Source: Pecten maximus (lineage: Eukaryota). From it: a DNA stretch of 64,000 nt. A program made the position numbers and the translations under genes. The notes below the pieces were generated by a model. It had not been told where the DNA came from, did not search any database, and was given only the letters and a program-made list of their open reading frames with translations. Positions 1-12,125 of the stretch are shown here, piece by piece (the first letter of the stretch is position 1; each line of letters opens with the position of its first letter). The stretch covers positions 34,534,001-34,598,000 of the forward strand of contig NC_047030.1 of the NCBI RefSeq assembly GCF_902652985.1. Reading direction: 5' to 3'.

Positions 1-954
1 ACAAATGAAATAAATACAAATATCAGTTTTTGTCGTTCTAATAAACCGCCATTTCAATCTGTACAAAGTGGTAAAGTTGTTTATTGTCTATAGTGAACAA
101 GCTGGCAGTTTGACTGATGGTGTAGGAAACAAGCAACGGAACATAAATACAAATATCAGTTTAACTGGATACTGTCTGACTAGAAAGAAACGCGCAATAT
201 AATGTTTATCTACAATGTTCTGTCATTTATAACGAGTATGAATAACACAGAAATGCAGTACAATGCTCGTATGGAGTTTGACACAGGACCGGGAAGGAGC
301 ATTCATGCTCATGTCCGTCCCAGACTCACCTGAGGGGGAAACAGACACCGGAGGACTACCGACCCCCTTATGTCACCTGGACACAGTCAACGACCGTAAT
401 CGGAATTGGCCAAGCATCCCGGCCAATCAACTTCCTCTGATTGGCCAACGCACTTACCTAGGAATGGAATAAAATTCCTCTAGGGGCAGGGAATGACCTT
501 ATAAACTCCCGCAGATTTAGAGCCTTTTTAGCGGTTCGGGGAAGACACATACGATATTAAGGATCGGTCTGACAATTACTGTTATTTCAGCATTGTGACA
601 TAAGGGTACCCTAATTCGTGACGGCTTAATGAAGTCCTCATTTCTTAAAAGCTAAAAAAAAGAAGATAATAATTAAGACGGATGGTCCGATATTCGAACA
701 TAACTCTTGCATTTCATTTACGTAACTTGCTCATAAATATTATTTTATTAAACCGTGTAGTTGAAGTTGCGTTTCTTTATCCGTTCAGTATAGATAAAGC
801 ATTTAGATTTATCAAAATATTGAGACATGCATTTTTATCACGTGGAAATCATTATAAAGCTTGTATTACATAAATTCTACCAGAAAATCCACATGATCAG
901 AGGAAACGAATTTGGGCTAGTACTTGCCCTTGCTACGTATCAGTTTAATACAAT

Positions 955-1730
955 TTACTAGGTATAAGCTTAGAACAACCTTTTGTCAAGAATAAAATGA
1001 TAAATAAATAAATAAATAAATAACATTTACTAGGTATAAGCTAAGAAAAGCCTTTTGTCAAGAATAAAATAACAAATAAGCTAAGAAAAGCCTTTTGTCG
1101 AAATAAAATAATAAATAAATAAATAGCATTTTCTAGGTATCAGCTAAGAACAACCTTTTGTCAAGAATAAAATAATAAATAAATAAATAACATTTTCTAG
1201 GTATCAGCTAATAACAACCTTTTGTCAAGAATGAAATAATAAATAAATAAATAACATTTTCTAGGTATCAGCTAATAACAACCTTTTGTCAAGAATGAAA
1301 TAATAAATAAATAAATAACATTTTCTAGGTATCAGCTAATAACAACCTTTTGTCAAGAATGAAATAATAAATAAATAAATAACATTTTCTAGGTATCAGC
1401 TAATAACAACCTTTTGTCAAGAATGAAATAATAAATAAATAAATAACATTTACTAGGTATCAGCTAATAACAACCTTTTGTCAAGAATGAAATAATAAAT
1501 AAATAAATAACATTTTCTAGGTATCAGCTAATAACAACCTTTTGTCAAGAATGAAATAATAAATAAATAAATAACATTTACTAGGTTTCAGCTAATAACA
1601 ACCTTTTTTCAAGAATGAAATAATAAATAAATAAATAACATTTACTAGGCATAAGCTAAAACAAACTTTTGTCAAGAATGAAATAATAAATAGATCAATA
1701 AAATTAAGATTGACTAGGTTTAGGCTATAA
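955..1730. repeat. Tandem repeat, ~64-bp unit, ~12 copies
   Basis: Unit AACATTTTCTAGGTATCAGCTAATAACAACCTTTTGTCAAGAATGAAATAATAAATAAATAAAT repeated head-to-tail. Confidence 0.95.
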
Positions 1731-2529
1731 GACTTTCAACAAAAGCGCAATTCGTCTGAGATTATTTTCTTTTCTTTGTCCATTGGTTTTATTTTTTTCA
1801 CGTAATTATCCAAACGTTTCTTGTTATGAATTTAGTTTCTTAGTTGCAGTCTTCACACTATCGGTGATTTGGCAGCGGACAAGTGTCTGTCTTGTGTTTG
1901 TCTGTTTGTCAATCTGTCTGTCTTTCCAATTATCTGTTCGTGTTTGGATGTCTTTATAGTTGTCCGTCGGGTGTCTGTCTGTCTAGCTGTTTGTCCTAAT
2001 AGATGTCTTATATGTGTTAAATATATATGTATTTTTTTTTCTTTTTTCTTCAATCTGTCTGTCCTTGTAGTTGTCTGTCTGTGGTATCTGTCTGTCTTGT
2101 GTTTGTCTGTATCATGCATCTCCCTCCTTTAATAAAAAAAAAATACACATTTCTATCTTTTGTTTTGATTGTAAAGAAACATATAAAATATATTTCTTTC
2201 TCTAAGAAAATAAATAAATACAAACAGTGATATAAATGTCAGTCATAATGATGTGTGTATATATATACTTCCATACTATACAAATATTCAGATATGATTA
2301 CTTGAATAAGTATGAAAGAAAATAGTATGCAATGGATGCTTATATGTATCAAGAGTGTTTGAATTTGTGATATGAAAAAATGGATGAAGGTAAAAGGAAC
2401 GAATGTATTGTCAAATTGTGTCATGTGTATGTATTTTTTGTTTTGAAAACTGAATAGAAATATAAGTTATAACAAAAAAGATTTGGCAGCGGACAATAAA
2501 TTGTGGGATTGTATATCATTGAACATTAT

Positions 2530-2600
2530 CAGGGGAGATAATCGATTTTATTGTCGACGTCATGTGACGTCCATTGTTCTATGTCACGTGACGTGTATCG
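2530..2600 (+). promoter_or_regulatory. Putative promoter module with GATA, M-box (GTCATGTGAC), CATTGT and CLEAR-type GTCACGTGAC, copy 1
   Basis: GTCATGTGAC 2559-2568 and GTCACGTGAC 2583-2592; the module recurs at 5763-5890. Confidence 0.45.
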
Positions 2601-2676
2601 TTACAGCGGTGTTGCGCGATACCCAGAAGGAAATCATGCAACCGCGTTAATCATTCTGAAAAACGGAAAAGGCAGA

Positions 2677-2730
2677 ATGCTGAGAGAAGATCTGTCTTAT
2701 TCCAGATATGGAAACATTCAAGGATCGGAG
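2677..2730 (+). CDS. Candidate first coding exon MLREDLSYSRYGNIQGSE, gene unknown
   Basis: ATG plus 18 codons then GTAAAT donor; paralogue at 5954-6007 keeps the ATG position, length and donor and has synonymous changes. Confidence 0.35.
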
Positions 2731-3139
2731 GTAAATACTTGAAGTTCACAAAATATAGTTTTGTGAATATGAATACTTGTAGTTGAAATGCCAAGACAGT
2801 GTAAGTATACTTCTTTATCTTACTGATTTCTAAGACGAGTTTTCTTAAACATCTATATACTTTCTGAGTAACAAATTAACAAATTGATGTTAATCAAGTG
2901 TTTTTATTTTCTTGATTATCAGAACTGAACAAAATGTAAAAGTTAATAACTCTAATTGTTATTGGTGTTATACAGATGATTTTGCCAGTTTCACCAAGAT
3001 GAACTGAAGTTCAATAAGCAAAACTGGTTAGAAACGATACTTGATACTTGTTATTTATTATCGAGCTCTTCTGTTAGGCCTAGCAGCCTCTCTGGACTAC
3101 AATCTATTTGGCTGTATTCTCTGTCCGATTCCAGACGGT

Positions 3140-3610
3140 ATTTCGAACAGAAAAACAGGATTTGGTGTTTAATCATTTCCAGAGTTCGTTGAATTTGGAT
3201 TTGAAGGAATTTCAATGTTTCGGCAGACATGATTTCATTTAGTAGGGCGTTCCAGCTGTCAATACCTCTATCATCTTCGCTAGCCAAGGCGTCTGATTAC
3301 GTTACACTACACGAACCCTTGGCTGATATAGGCGTCAGTTCTGGCCCTCTAGCGGAGATTCAAAATTACCATTCTTTACGCATGAAATTTTCGACCAATC
3401 AAAACGAGCGTTACCGATTTACTTCATCTGAGATGTTTACAAACACACATGGACTGACGCCTATATCAGCCAAGGGTTCGTGTAGTGTAACGTAATCAGA
3501 AACCTTGGCTAGCGAAGATGTACCTCTATGTAAGACAGTGTTTCTTCTGCAGCTTCTTTTCGTTCCTTCTGGTGTTGTAATTTTGTAAAAGTGGAAAGTA
3601 TTGGCCACCA
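3140..3610 (-). mobile_element. Degenerate 3' end of CR1/L2-type LINE ORF2, interrupted by a MITE
   Basis: KRSCRRNTVLHRG / IDSWNALLNEIMSAETL resembles the CR1/L2 C-terminal R.I..WN.LP..V..A.TL motif. Confidence 0.65.
3272..3520. mobile_element. 249-bp MITE with ~68-bp TIRs and 9-bp TSD
   Basis: TIR CATCTTCGCTAGCCAAGG...CCTTGGCTAGCGAAGATG; TSD TACCTCTAT at 3263-3271 and 3521-3529. Confidence 0.93.
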
Positions 3611-3675
3611 TACTAGGTAAGAATGGCGGGAATGTCCCTTAAGTCAAATAGTAGGATGTTTGTCTTGAAAGCGAA

Positions 3676-3925
3676 AGATCGCTAGTCCCCAGGGTGGGGA
3701 GGGATAGCTAGTCCCCAGGGTGGGGGAGAGATCACTAGTCCCCAGGGTGGGGGAGAGATCACTAGTCCCCAGGGGGGGGGGGGGGGGGGGGGAGATATCG
3801 CTAGTCCCCAGGGTGGGGAGAGATCGCTAGTCCCCAGGGTGGGGAGAGATCGCTAGTCCCCAGGGTGGGGAGATATCGCTAGTCCCCAGGGTGGGGAGAG
3901 ATCGCTAGTCCCCAGGGTGGGGAGG
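3676..3925. repeat. GC-rich minisatellite, ~26-bp unit
   Basis: GATCGCTAGTCCCCAGGGTGGGGAGA x ~9 with an internal poly-G run. Confidence 0.92.
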
Positions 3926-3959
3926 GTATTTTTCATTACCACTTCCAATTACAATTTAG

Positions 3960-4555
3960 CGGAAATCGTTTATCCTTGTCACAAGTGTCTATATTGTTCG
4001 TAGTTCGATAGACTCTCTGTAAACGTCAGTACCTAAGTGAAGGAATTTCTAGTTATTTCAACCGTTGTTGATAAGGTTTGTCTCTTAATTTCATAACCAT
4101 CTATTTGTTTAAGTTATCTTTGGTGTGAGTCAAATGCTTTTCGAAAATCAAGGTTTATTGTCCATTCATCCTTCAAGCTTTCAAATGCAAATTAGTTGTG
4201 AGGCACAAAAGTGACCTTTTACGAAACCCATGCTGGTATACAGTAAACAAGTTGTTTAGTTCCATGTAGTCCATACTTTCGTCTTTTACAACCTTCTCCG
4301 TGACCTGTGAGAGAACAGATGTTAGTCTTATTGGCTTGTCTAGTAATTCTTTAGATATTTTCCTATGACTAGCTGTCACATCTGCAATTTTCCAGTTTCC
4401 TGGGACGATTTCCTCATTCAAAGATTTTGATTTTTTTTCGTGAGTGGTTCTGCAATAAATGTTCTACAGCAGACCTCAGTAGAACTGGCGGGATATTGTC
4501 TGCGCCACAGGATTTTCAAGGTTTCAGATTTTGGATAAGGTGCATGTTTATCAAT
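3960..4555 (-). mobile_element. Degenerate CR1/L2-type LINE reverse transcriptase fragment
   Basis: VPGNWKIADV..., PIRLTSVLSQVTEK, QHGFRKRS, LDFRKAFDS motifs with frameshifts. Confidence 0.85.
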
Positions 4556-4849
4556 TACAAAATGGCTCCTGACGAAGGTGAGTCAATTAAGCATATACTC
4601 AGCCCTAAGTAAATACCTAACCCCAAACCAACATATCCATGGAAGTGATGGTACCAGTATATCTTCTTGATTGATCGATTGATTGAGAATATCCATTTGA
4701 CACGATGAAACAGTATTGGCCCTGTTCGCCAGGTGTGGATAGTATACATCATATTGTAACACTGTCAAGGATTTGTTTCAATTTTCCTTTTCATTGTTTA
4801 TAGTAAATACATGGTTTATTGCAACTTAATTTAATAAAACACAGTTTTA

Positions 4850-5395
4850 AGTGAACCTGTCTAAGCGACCTCCTGTAATGATCCCAAGTATTTTGTTATA
4901 TCACTCACGGAACCTGCAAAGCGACCATCTGTAGTGGTATATCATGACACCTGTATATAGCGACCACCTGTAGTTGTTCCGAGTATTTTACTATATCACT
5001 CACGAAACCTGTATATAGCGACCATCTGTAGTGGTATATCATGACACCTGTATATAGCGACCACCTGTAGTTGTCCCAAGTAGTTTACTATATCTCTCAC
5101 GACACTGTATATAGCGACCACATGTAGTGGTCTATCACGACACTTGTATATAGCGACCATCTGTAGTGGTCCCAAGTATTTTACTATATCACTCACGAAA
5201 CCTGTATATAGCGACCACCTGTAGTGGTCCCAAGTATTTTACTATATCTCTCACGACACTGTATATAGCGACCACATGTAGTGGTCTATCACGACACTTG
5301 TATATAGCGACCATCTGTAGTGGTCCAAAGTATTTTACTATCACGCCACTGTATATAGTTACCACCTGTAACGGTCACAAGTATTTCACTGTATC
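4850..5395. repeat. Composite tandem repeat built on GTATATAGCGACCACCTGTAGTGGT
   Basis: Alternating ~38 and ~58 bp sub-units; the core resembles a Tc1/mariner-MITE subterminal motif. Confidence 0.85.
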
Positions 5396-5762
5396 AAGAC
5401 ACCATCCAAACAACTTTAATCATATTTATTTAAATATAAAGCAATCGTTACGTAACAAGCGTGCTACAATGTATAAATATATACGACATATAAGTTTAAA
5501 CGCCCTTATTTATTCTGTTAAACAGTTTTATACTTTATCGAAATTTATTGCGTGCAGTAAAGGAAAACAGGAAAAATAATTATATAAATGTACCCGAGTT
5601 TGTTTGATAAAATTACGACATTATGTGAAAGGGCAATTTAAGACAAAACCGTCAATTTTAATTTATAATCATGACATTCAACCAGGACCAGTTTGAATTT
5701 TCCGTAAAATATTTTGTCTACGGAAATTACCGATATTTCATAAGGTATGACGGTGAATGCTT

Positions 5763-5890
5763 TCAGGGGAGTTAACCGATTTGTCGTCGACGAACGTCAT
5801 GTGACTCTTATTGTTCTAAGTCATTTTCAGGGGAGATAACTGATTTGTCGTCGACGTCATGTGACTCCCATTGTTCTGTGTCACGTGTGT
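5763..5890 (+). promoter_or_regulatory. Second copy (partly doubled) of the M-box/E-box promoter module
   Basis: CAGGGGAGATAAC...GTCATGTGAC...CATTGTTCT...GTCACGTG; M-boxes at ~5796 and 5856. Confidence 0.45.
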
Positions 5891-5953
5891 TGTATCTTAA
5901 CAACATCAGTGATTGCACGATGTCAACCTCGTGAAAGAAAATGATGGTCCATT

Positions 5954-6007
5954 ATGTCAAGTGAAGGTCTGTCTCATTCTAGATATGGAAACATTCAAGG
6001 TTCGCAG
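5954..6007 (+). CDS. Candidate first coding exon MSSEGLSHSRYGNIQGSQ, paralogue of 2677-2730
   Basis: ATG, 18 codons, CAG|GTATAT donor. Confidence 0.35.
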
Positions 6008-6811
6008 GTATATTAAGAGAGACATGTTATGGTGTTCCGTTAGGGCCAAATTTCCAAAATCGCTCCTTCGACTTAAACGCGAAGGAGCGAAGGAGCGAAA
6101 ACACGATGACGAATGAGCGAAGAAGCGAAGGAGAAAATGAGCTCCTTCGCCATTTTGTATTCGCTCTTTCTCCATCGTATTTTCGCTCCTTCGCTTCTTC
6201 GCTCCTTCGCCAAGCTGACGGAGTATGATTCTTTGGCTCGTGAGGTATAAGTAGGGCGCCGGAGACCCGGGTTCGATTCCTGTCTGGACCATCGGCAGGA
6301 ATAAGTTTTCCCCTGTTAACATGTAAACTGTTATTTTTTTCTTCGTTAAGGATGCTACATTTCCGACAAAGGGTAATTATGGTCGGCTGAAAGCTATTAA
6401 TAGATCTAAGCTTATAGGTTGCGGTATATTCTAGTACATGTAATGTAATGTAAGTTACAAACTTTACATTATTATCATTCTCCAATGGAGTAGACCCTAC
6501 AAGTAGAATAGCCAAGATAATGACTTCAGAGGTAAAGATTTGTTTTTTGTTTGTTGGGTGTATCGCCCCGTGAAGCCTTATTTACAAGCGATCATATTCA
6601 GATTCAGATTCTTTATTTTGCCGAGAGCCTTACGGCTCATATGCGCATCAATAATACATGTAAAAGGATCATTCTTGTGTGTTTACCCATTTCTTGCATT
6701 TGTTTGTGTTAACACTACAAATTGTAAAGATGGCCGCTTTGATAGACATACATATATGATATCTCCGTATGAATGAGAACAAATCGTGAGTTTGAGGGGT
6801 CTAAACAAACC

Positions 6812-7780
6812 CTACTCAAGGCGGGAGGGGTAGTGGTCTGAACCAGCCTACTGAAGGCGGGAAGGGTAGTGGTCTGAACCAGCCTACTGAAGGCGGGAGG
6901 GGTAGTGGTCTGAACCAGCCTACTGAAGGCGGGAGGGGTAGTGGTCTGAACCAGCCTACTGAAGGCGGGAAGGGTAGTGGTCTGAACCAGCCTACTGAAG
7001 GCGGGAGGGGTAGTGGTCTGAACCAGCCTACTGAAGGCGGGAAGGGTAGTGGTCTGAACCAGCCTACTGAAGGCGGGAAGGGTAGTGGTCTGAACCAGCC
7101 TACTGAAGGCGGGAGGGGTAGTGGTCTGAACCAGCCTACTGAAGGCGGGAGGGGTAGTGGTCTGAACCAGCCTACTCCAGGCGGGAGGGGTAGTGGTCTG
7201 AACCAGCCTACTCCAGGCGGGAAGGGTAGTGGTCTGAACCAGTCTACTGAAGGCGGGAAGGGTAGTGGTCTGAACCAGCCTACTGAAGGCGGGGAGGGTA
7301 GTGGTCTGAACCAGCCTACTGAAGGCGGGAGGGGTAGGGGTCTGAACCATCCTATAGTATGGGAGGGGTAGGGGTCTGAACCATCCTATATATATAGTAT
7401 GGGAGGGGTAGGGGTCTGAACCATCCTATAGTATGGGAGGGGTAGGGGTCTGAACCATCCTATATATATAGTATGGGAGGGGTAGGGGTCTGGACCATCC
7501 TATAGTATGGGAGGGGTAGGGGTCTGAACCATCCTATAGTATGGGAGGGGTAGGGGTCTGAACCATCCTATAGTATGGGAGGGGTAGGGGTCTGAACCAT
7601 CCTATATATATAGTATGGGAGGGGTAGGGGTCTGAACCATCCTATAGTATGGGAGGGGTAGGGGTCTGAACCATCCTATAGTATGGGAGGGGTAGGGGTC
7701 TGAACCATCCTATAGTATGGGAGGGGTAGGGGTCTGAACCATCCTACTCAAGGCGGGAGGGGTAGGGGTCTGAACCATCG
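6812..7780. repeat. G-rich two-phase minisatellite (36-bp then 34/40-bp units)
   Basis: CTACTGAAGGCGGGAGGGGTAGTGGTCTGAACCAGC, then CTATAGTATGGGAGGGGTAGGGGTCTGAACCATC. Confidence 0.95.
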
Positions 7781-7958
7781 CGAGTTTAATTGAATGAGAA
7801 AATCGCGAGTTTAATTATGTTAAAAGGAGAAGCGAGATAGGCAATATCATATTTTTCTTGTCATATCGTTAAATATGGCCGCTAATTAGCTTATCCAGAC
7901 TCAGACCCTAGTTCTAATTAAGTATTTTACGCATTTTTTGACAGTAAAACTTTCGTAT

Positions 7959-8088
7959 TGTAACAGAGCGCATGATTAATTAAATTTAAATCACTGCCTC
8001 CGCTGGGGATCGAACCCGGGACCTCTGGCTTACTAGTCTTACACTCAATTGATTGAGCTAATTGCGGCTAGTATTTACCAGGGTTACA
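7959..8088 (-). mobile_element. Solo LTR of tRNA-containing TRIM family A
   Basis: TGTAAC...GTTACA ends, perfect 4-bp TSD GTAT; reverse complement matches the LTRs at 51279-51671. Confidence 0.88.
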
Positions 8089-8413
8089 GTATTAACGTGT
8101 CATGTTTTTATGTCGTTGGCGGATTATATAACCAGGGACATACATTTAAGCAATGAACAGCGGTTTTAGTGTTGTTATTGTCGATATGGCAGCAAGATGT
8201 ATGGTGGGCAAATGTAGCATGGTAACCCTAACCATATCGACTATAACCACAGGGGGCTAACTCAATGAAAATGGAATTTACCATACATATTTCGTATTTA
8301 CTGGATGGACTGGTCAATATACTTAACGACCATATGATTTTTTTCAGAAAAATCGAGATTTAAAAGATTATTAAAAAATCGAGGTAATTACTAATAAAAC
8401 AGAGAGAGAAGTT

Positions 8414-9344
8414 TTGCCTCCAACATCTGCAGCTCTGATGGAGCATACAAAGAGAGCTGTGTACCAAGCAGGATATGTTTGGGGACAAGCATTAAAACCT
8501 TCGCCTGACCTACCCTGCCCTAGTGAGTGGGGATGGACAAGAAACCGTGATCATGAATGGGAACCTGTATGGACCACACTTCCTGAAGCATCGAAGTCCT
8601 GTCACCAGTTAATTCGATGTGCATGTAACCCAGACAGGGGCTGCAGAGGACATTGTAAATGTGCAAGGAACAACCTCAAGTGCACTGCATTATGCAAGTG
8701 TGATGGTGAATGTGACCATGAAAAGTAAACTTCAGCGTGGCATTTTACCATGTGATTTTTGGACAATGGGTTTTTGTGAAAAAGTGTTAATGTTTTCCAG
8801 TCTAACTTTGATTTGATGAATTCTTTTTAAAGATTTAAATAGTGCCTAGTATATGATATTTCACTTATATAATACCTAAAATACCATATGATTTAATGTA
8901 AGCATGATTATTTCATTACAAATTTTCTGTTAATTACACCTAAGAGTTTCACAAAAAAAGGTCAAAATCTGTATACCCTTTATGAAACTCAACATTCGGC
9001 ATGTATATGGCAGCCATCTTGAATTTGGTGGCCATCTTGAATTTGGTGGCTATCTTGTTAACATGATTGTTTGATAAAGAAATAAGTTTGTTAATTTCTG
9101 TTCATTTAGTAGTCAGAAAAGTAAAGGTATGCATAGATTGGACAAAATCTTAAATTTACCAGATATATATGGCAGCCATATTGAATTTGGCAGCCATCTT
9201 GATTTTGGCGGCCATCTTGGAAAAAATAGCTTGGCCCCATATCTGAATTTATTCAAGTCATGATGCCCTACCTATATGCAAAGTTTCATGTTTTTACTAC
9301 AAAACCCACAATTCTACTGATATATGCACCATTCTGCCGGACTA
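8414..9344 (+). mobile_element. 3' end of a probable Academ-type DNA transposon (C-terminal LPPT..H..RA.YQ..W..WGW segment and Cys-rich finger, ORF 8414-8728)
   Basis: Peptide pattern with terminal Cys cluster; GCCATCTTG subterminal repeats; terminus ...CTGCCGGACTA (TAG end); 5' part absent. Confidence 0.65.
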
Positions 9345-9469
9345 GTAAGAATTGAACCTGCTGCCCCCATTGCATGATCGTAAGAGGCGACTAAACTTGG
9401 GATCTTATCTTTTATCTTCTTTCTTAACAACTTTCTTCTTCCTAAAGTCTCCCTTGGCAATGCCTCACT

Positions 9470-9856
9470 TTTGGCCTTTAGTTGAGCGTTCGCCGCTGTG
9501 AGGAAGGTTTTGGGTTTTGTCCCCTAGCCGAGACATACCAGAGTCTTTAAAAATGGTAGTTGCTACTCCCGCTTAGCGCTCAGCATATTTGGAGTGGGAC
9601 GACTGTTTTGCCCGTTGTCAGTATAATGTGACCGGGTGCAGTGTGCTGCTGGGTGTCTTCGGCAGTATGCTTCAGTGAGATATATAGCACTTTAAATCGG
9701 CAAAAGATCCGGCCTATCACAAGGAGACTTAACACGAACATACCGCAGCCTCCCAAAACACACATACGCACTCACCACACGCATGCACGGGAGGCCGTCC
9801 TTAAATGAGCTTAGTGTTGATAGGATGTTAAACAAAATAAACCAAACCAAACCAAT
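9470..9856 (+). mobile_element. tRNA-derived SINE, Meta-domain type, with (AAACC)n tail
   Basis: Degenerate tRNA-like head, GTCAGTATAATGTGAC core, CCTTAAATGA...GATGTTAAAC 3' end shared with other SINEs in the window. Confidence 0.7.
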
Positions 9857-9989
9857 CATCTACTGAACAGTACATGCTAGGTAGATCTAATATTTATCAT
9901 TATTGATGTTTCATTGGCTGTTTCTGATTTAATAGTCCTAGCTATATATGTATCGTTCATTAAGGAACAATGACTTATAATCACTAATT

Positions 9990-11200
9990 ACATCATCAGA
10001 TGGTGGGCTATTCAAAGTGCCTTGCGTCCGTGGTCCGTGGTCCGTCCGTCCCTCCGTAAACAATTCTTGTTATCGCTATTTCTGACAAAGTACTGAAGGG
10101 ATCTTTCTAAAATTTCATATGTAGATTCCCCATGGTCTGTAGTTATGCATATTGCATTTTGGGACCAATTGGAAGACAACATGTCTGACAGGCAGCCATC
10201 TTGGATTTTGACAATTGAAGTTTTATTATCGCTATTTCTCAAAAAAAACTGAAGAGATCTTTCTGCAATTTTATATGTAGGTTCCCCTTGGTCTGTTGTT
10301 ATGCATATTGCATTTTGGTACCGATCGGGAAATTTACATGGCCAACAGGCAGCAATCTTGGATTTTGATGATTGAAGTTTGTTATCGCTATTTTCTACCA
10401 CAATACGCCGTGTTATTCAACTCTCAGACCATCAGTTAATCATTACAGCTGTTGATTAACAATCTGTTTATACCACATGTGGTATAAACTCTGTACACAT
10501 TTCGATTGGCTAACACGGTGAACTTTGACCCAAGCTGCAATTGTTATTGACGTCATCAATAATCTAATGACGTCACATCACTGGGTCCCGGATGTCACCG
10601 GTACACTTTATTTGCATACGCGAAATTATATACTTGTCCACGTTTCCCTTTGATTCAAGCCGATATTATTGTGGTAGAAACAGGTCACACGACTCGAAAT
10701 TGTTGGATATGGAATTTATTTCACACTCGTAAGTTATTTTTTAAAAGTTGCAAAAAACACTCGCTAAAGCTCGTGTCTTTTGTAACTTTTAAAAAATAAC
10801 TTACTCGTGTGAAATAAATTCCATAAAGCTCGTGTCTTTTGTAACTTTTAAAAAATAACTTACTCGTGTGAAATAAATTCCATATCCAACAACCACTCGT
10901 TGTGTAACCTATTTACAGAAGGTACTGAAGGGATCTTTCTCAAATTTCATATGTAGGTTCCCCTTGGTCCGTTGTTTTGCATTTTGGAACCAATCTGAAA
11001 ACAACATGGTCGACAGACAGACATTATTGCTAAATCTCAAATTTCATATACAAGTTCCCCTTGTTTAAAAAGTACTGGAGGGATGTTTCTCAAAGTAACA
11101 CAGATTAGTAAGTGGAAGGGAAAAATAGAGAAAAGATCAGTCTGACATGGAACCTATAAACATCATTCAATGGTGGGCACCAAGATTTCTCTGGGATCTC
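9990..11200 (+). mobile_element. Helentron/DINE-1-like non-autonomous element (HINE) with ~150-bp internal repeats and a nested palindromic element (~10393-10912)
   Basis: GTCC microsatellite near the 5' end; repeated TTATCGCTATTTCTC...GTACTGAAGGGATCTTTC unit split by the insert; related copy at 11490-11870. Confidence 0.6.
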
Positions 11201-12125
11201 TAGATCTTGTTGAAATCAAAAGCAATCGCTTTCGTTATATGGTGCACATGTTCGTCTATATAATGAAAATTAAGCATGGGAAAAGCATGTTAAAATTACC
11301 GGCTGAAAGGGTTAACAGCCAAAGAACTACAAGTGAATGGAATTTCAAGAAAACCAATTGATTATGTTTTTTGTAAGAATCTGTACATGTGGTCAAAGAA
11401 CTACTGTTAAATAATTACGGACAATTTCTTGGTACACACGGTCCCCTTATCTATCAATACACAGAGTCTCTTAAAAAGGTTTTAATTTACATTTTTAGCC
11501 CACATCCGTCAGATGGTGGGCCATTTAAGTAGCCACAAATCCGTGGACTGTCTGTAAACAATCCGTGTCATCGTTATATTTTCATAAGTACTAGCGCAAA
11601 GGGATGTGTCTCAAACTTTAAACGCATGCTTCACACGGTCGCTACAGTTGTGTCCATTACAATTTTGAGCCTGATCGGGAAAACAAAATGGCCAACAGGT
11701 AGCCATCTTGATTTTGACAATTGAAGTTTGTTATTGTTGTTGTTTTTTTCAGAAAGTTCTTCTTGCATCTTTTTTAGATTGGATTTCATATAAAGATTTT
11801 CCTCTTTTATCAAAAGGTTAATGCGGAAAGAGAAAAGAAGGGAAAAACAGAAAAAATAAGTGGCAAAAATTAAATGGTGGGTGCTATTATCCCTCTGCGA
11901 TCTCTTATTGTATATACATATATTTTTTCTTTTGAAGTGCGATCAAACGGAGCCCTCCCCACAAAGAAGCAGCAGTGCTTCACCGAGGAAACTGAAGGAG
12001 TCGGGATCAGATATCCGGTTAACAGTAAATACATACATGTACAGCTCTACAGCTGTTTTCGTGGTGTTTTCTGAGGGCATTTTGGGGCCGATCATGCTAA
12101 TATGGCTTCATTGCCAATTCAAGGG

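Noticed and set aside
221-599. GC-richer segment with CCAAT boxes and TATAAA, bounded by TGTCA...TGACA (possible solo LTR or promoter)
   Set aside because: No TSD, no second copy and no linked gene; not supportable
4555-4768. Minus-strand segment with faint GOLD-domain-like wording (GQYCFIVSNGYS)
   Set aside because: Short, interrupted by stops, no splice support
6715-7350. 211-aa 12-residue repeat ORF
   Set aside because: Translation of the 36-bp minisatellite
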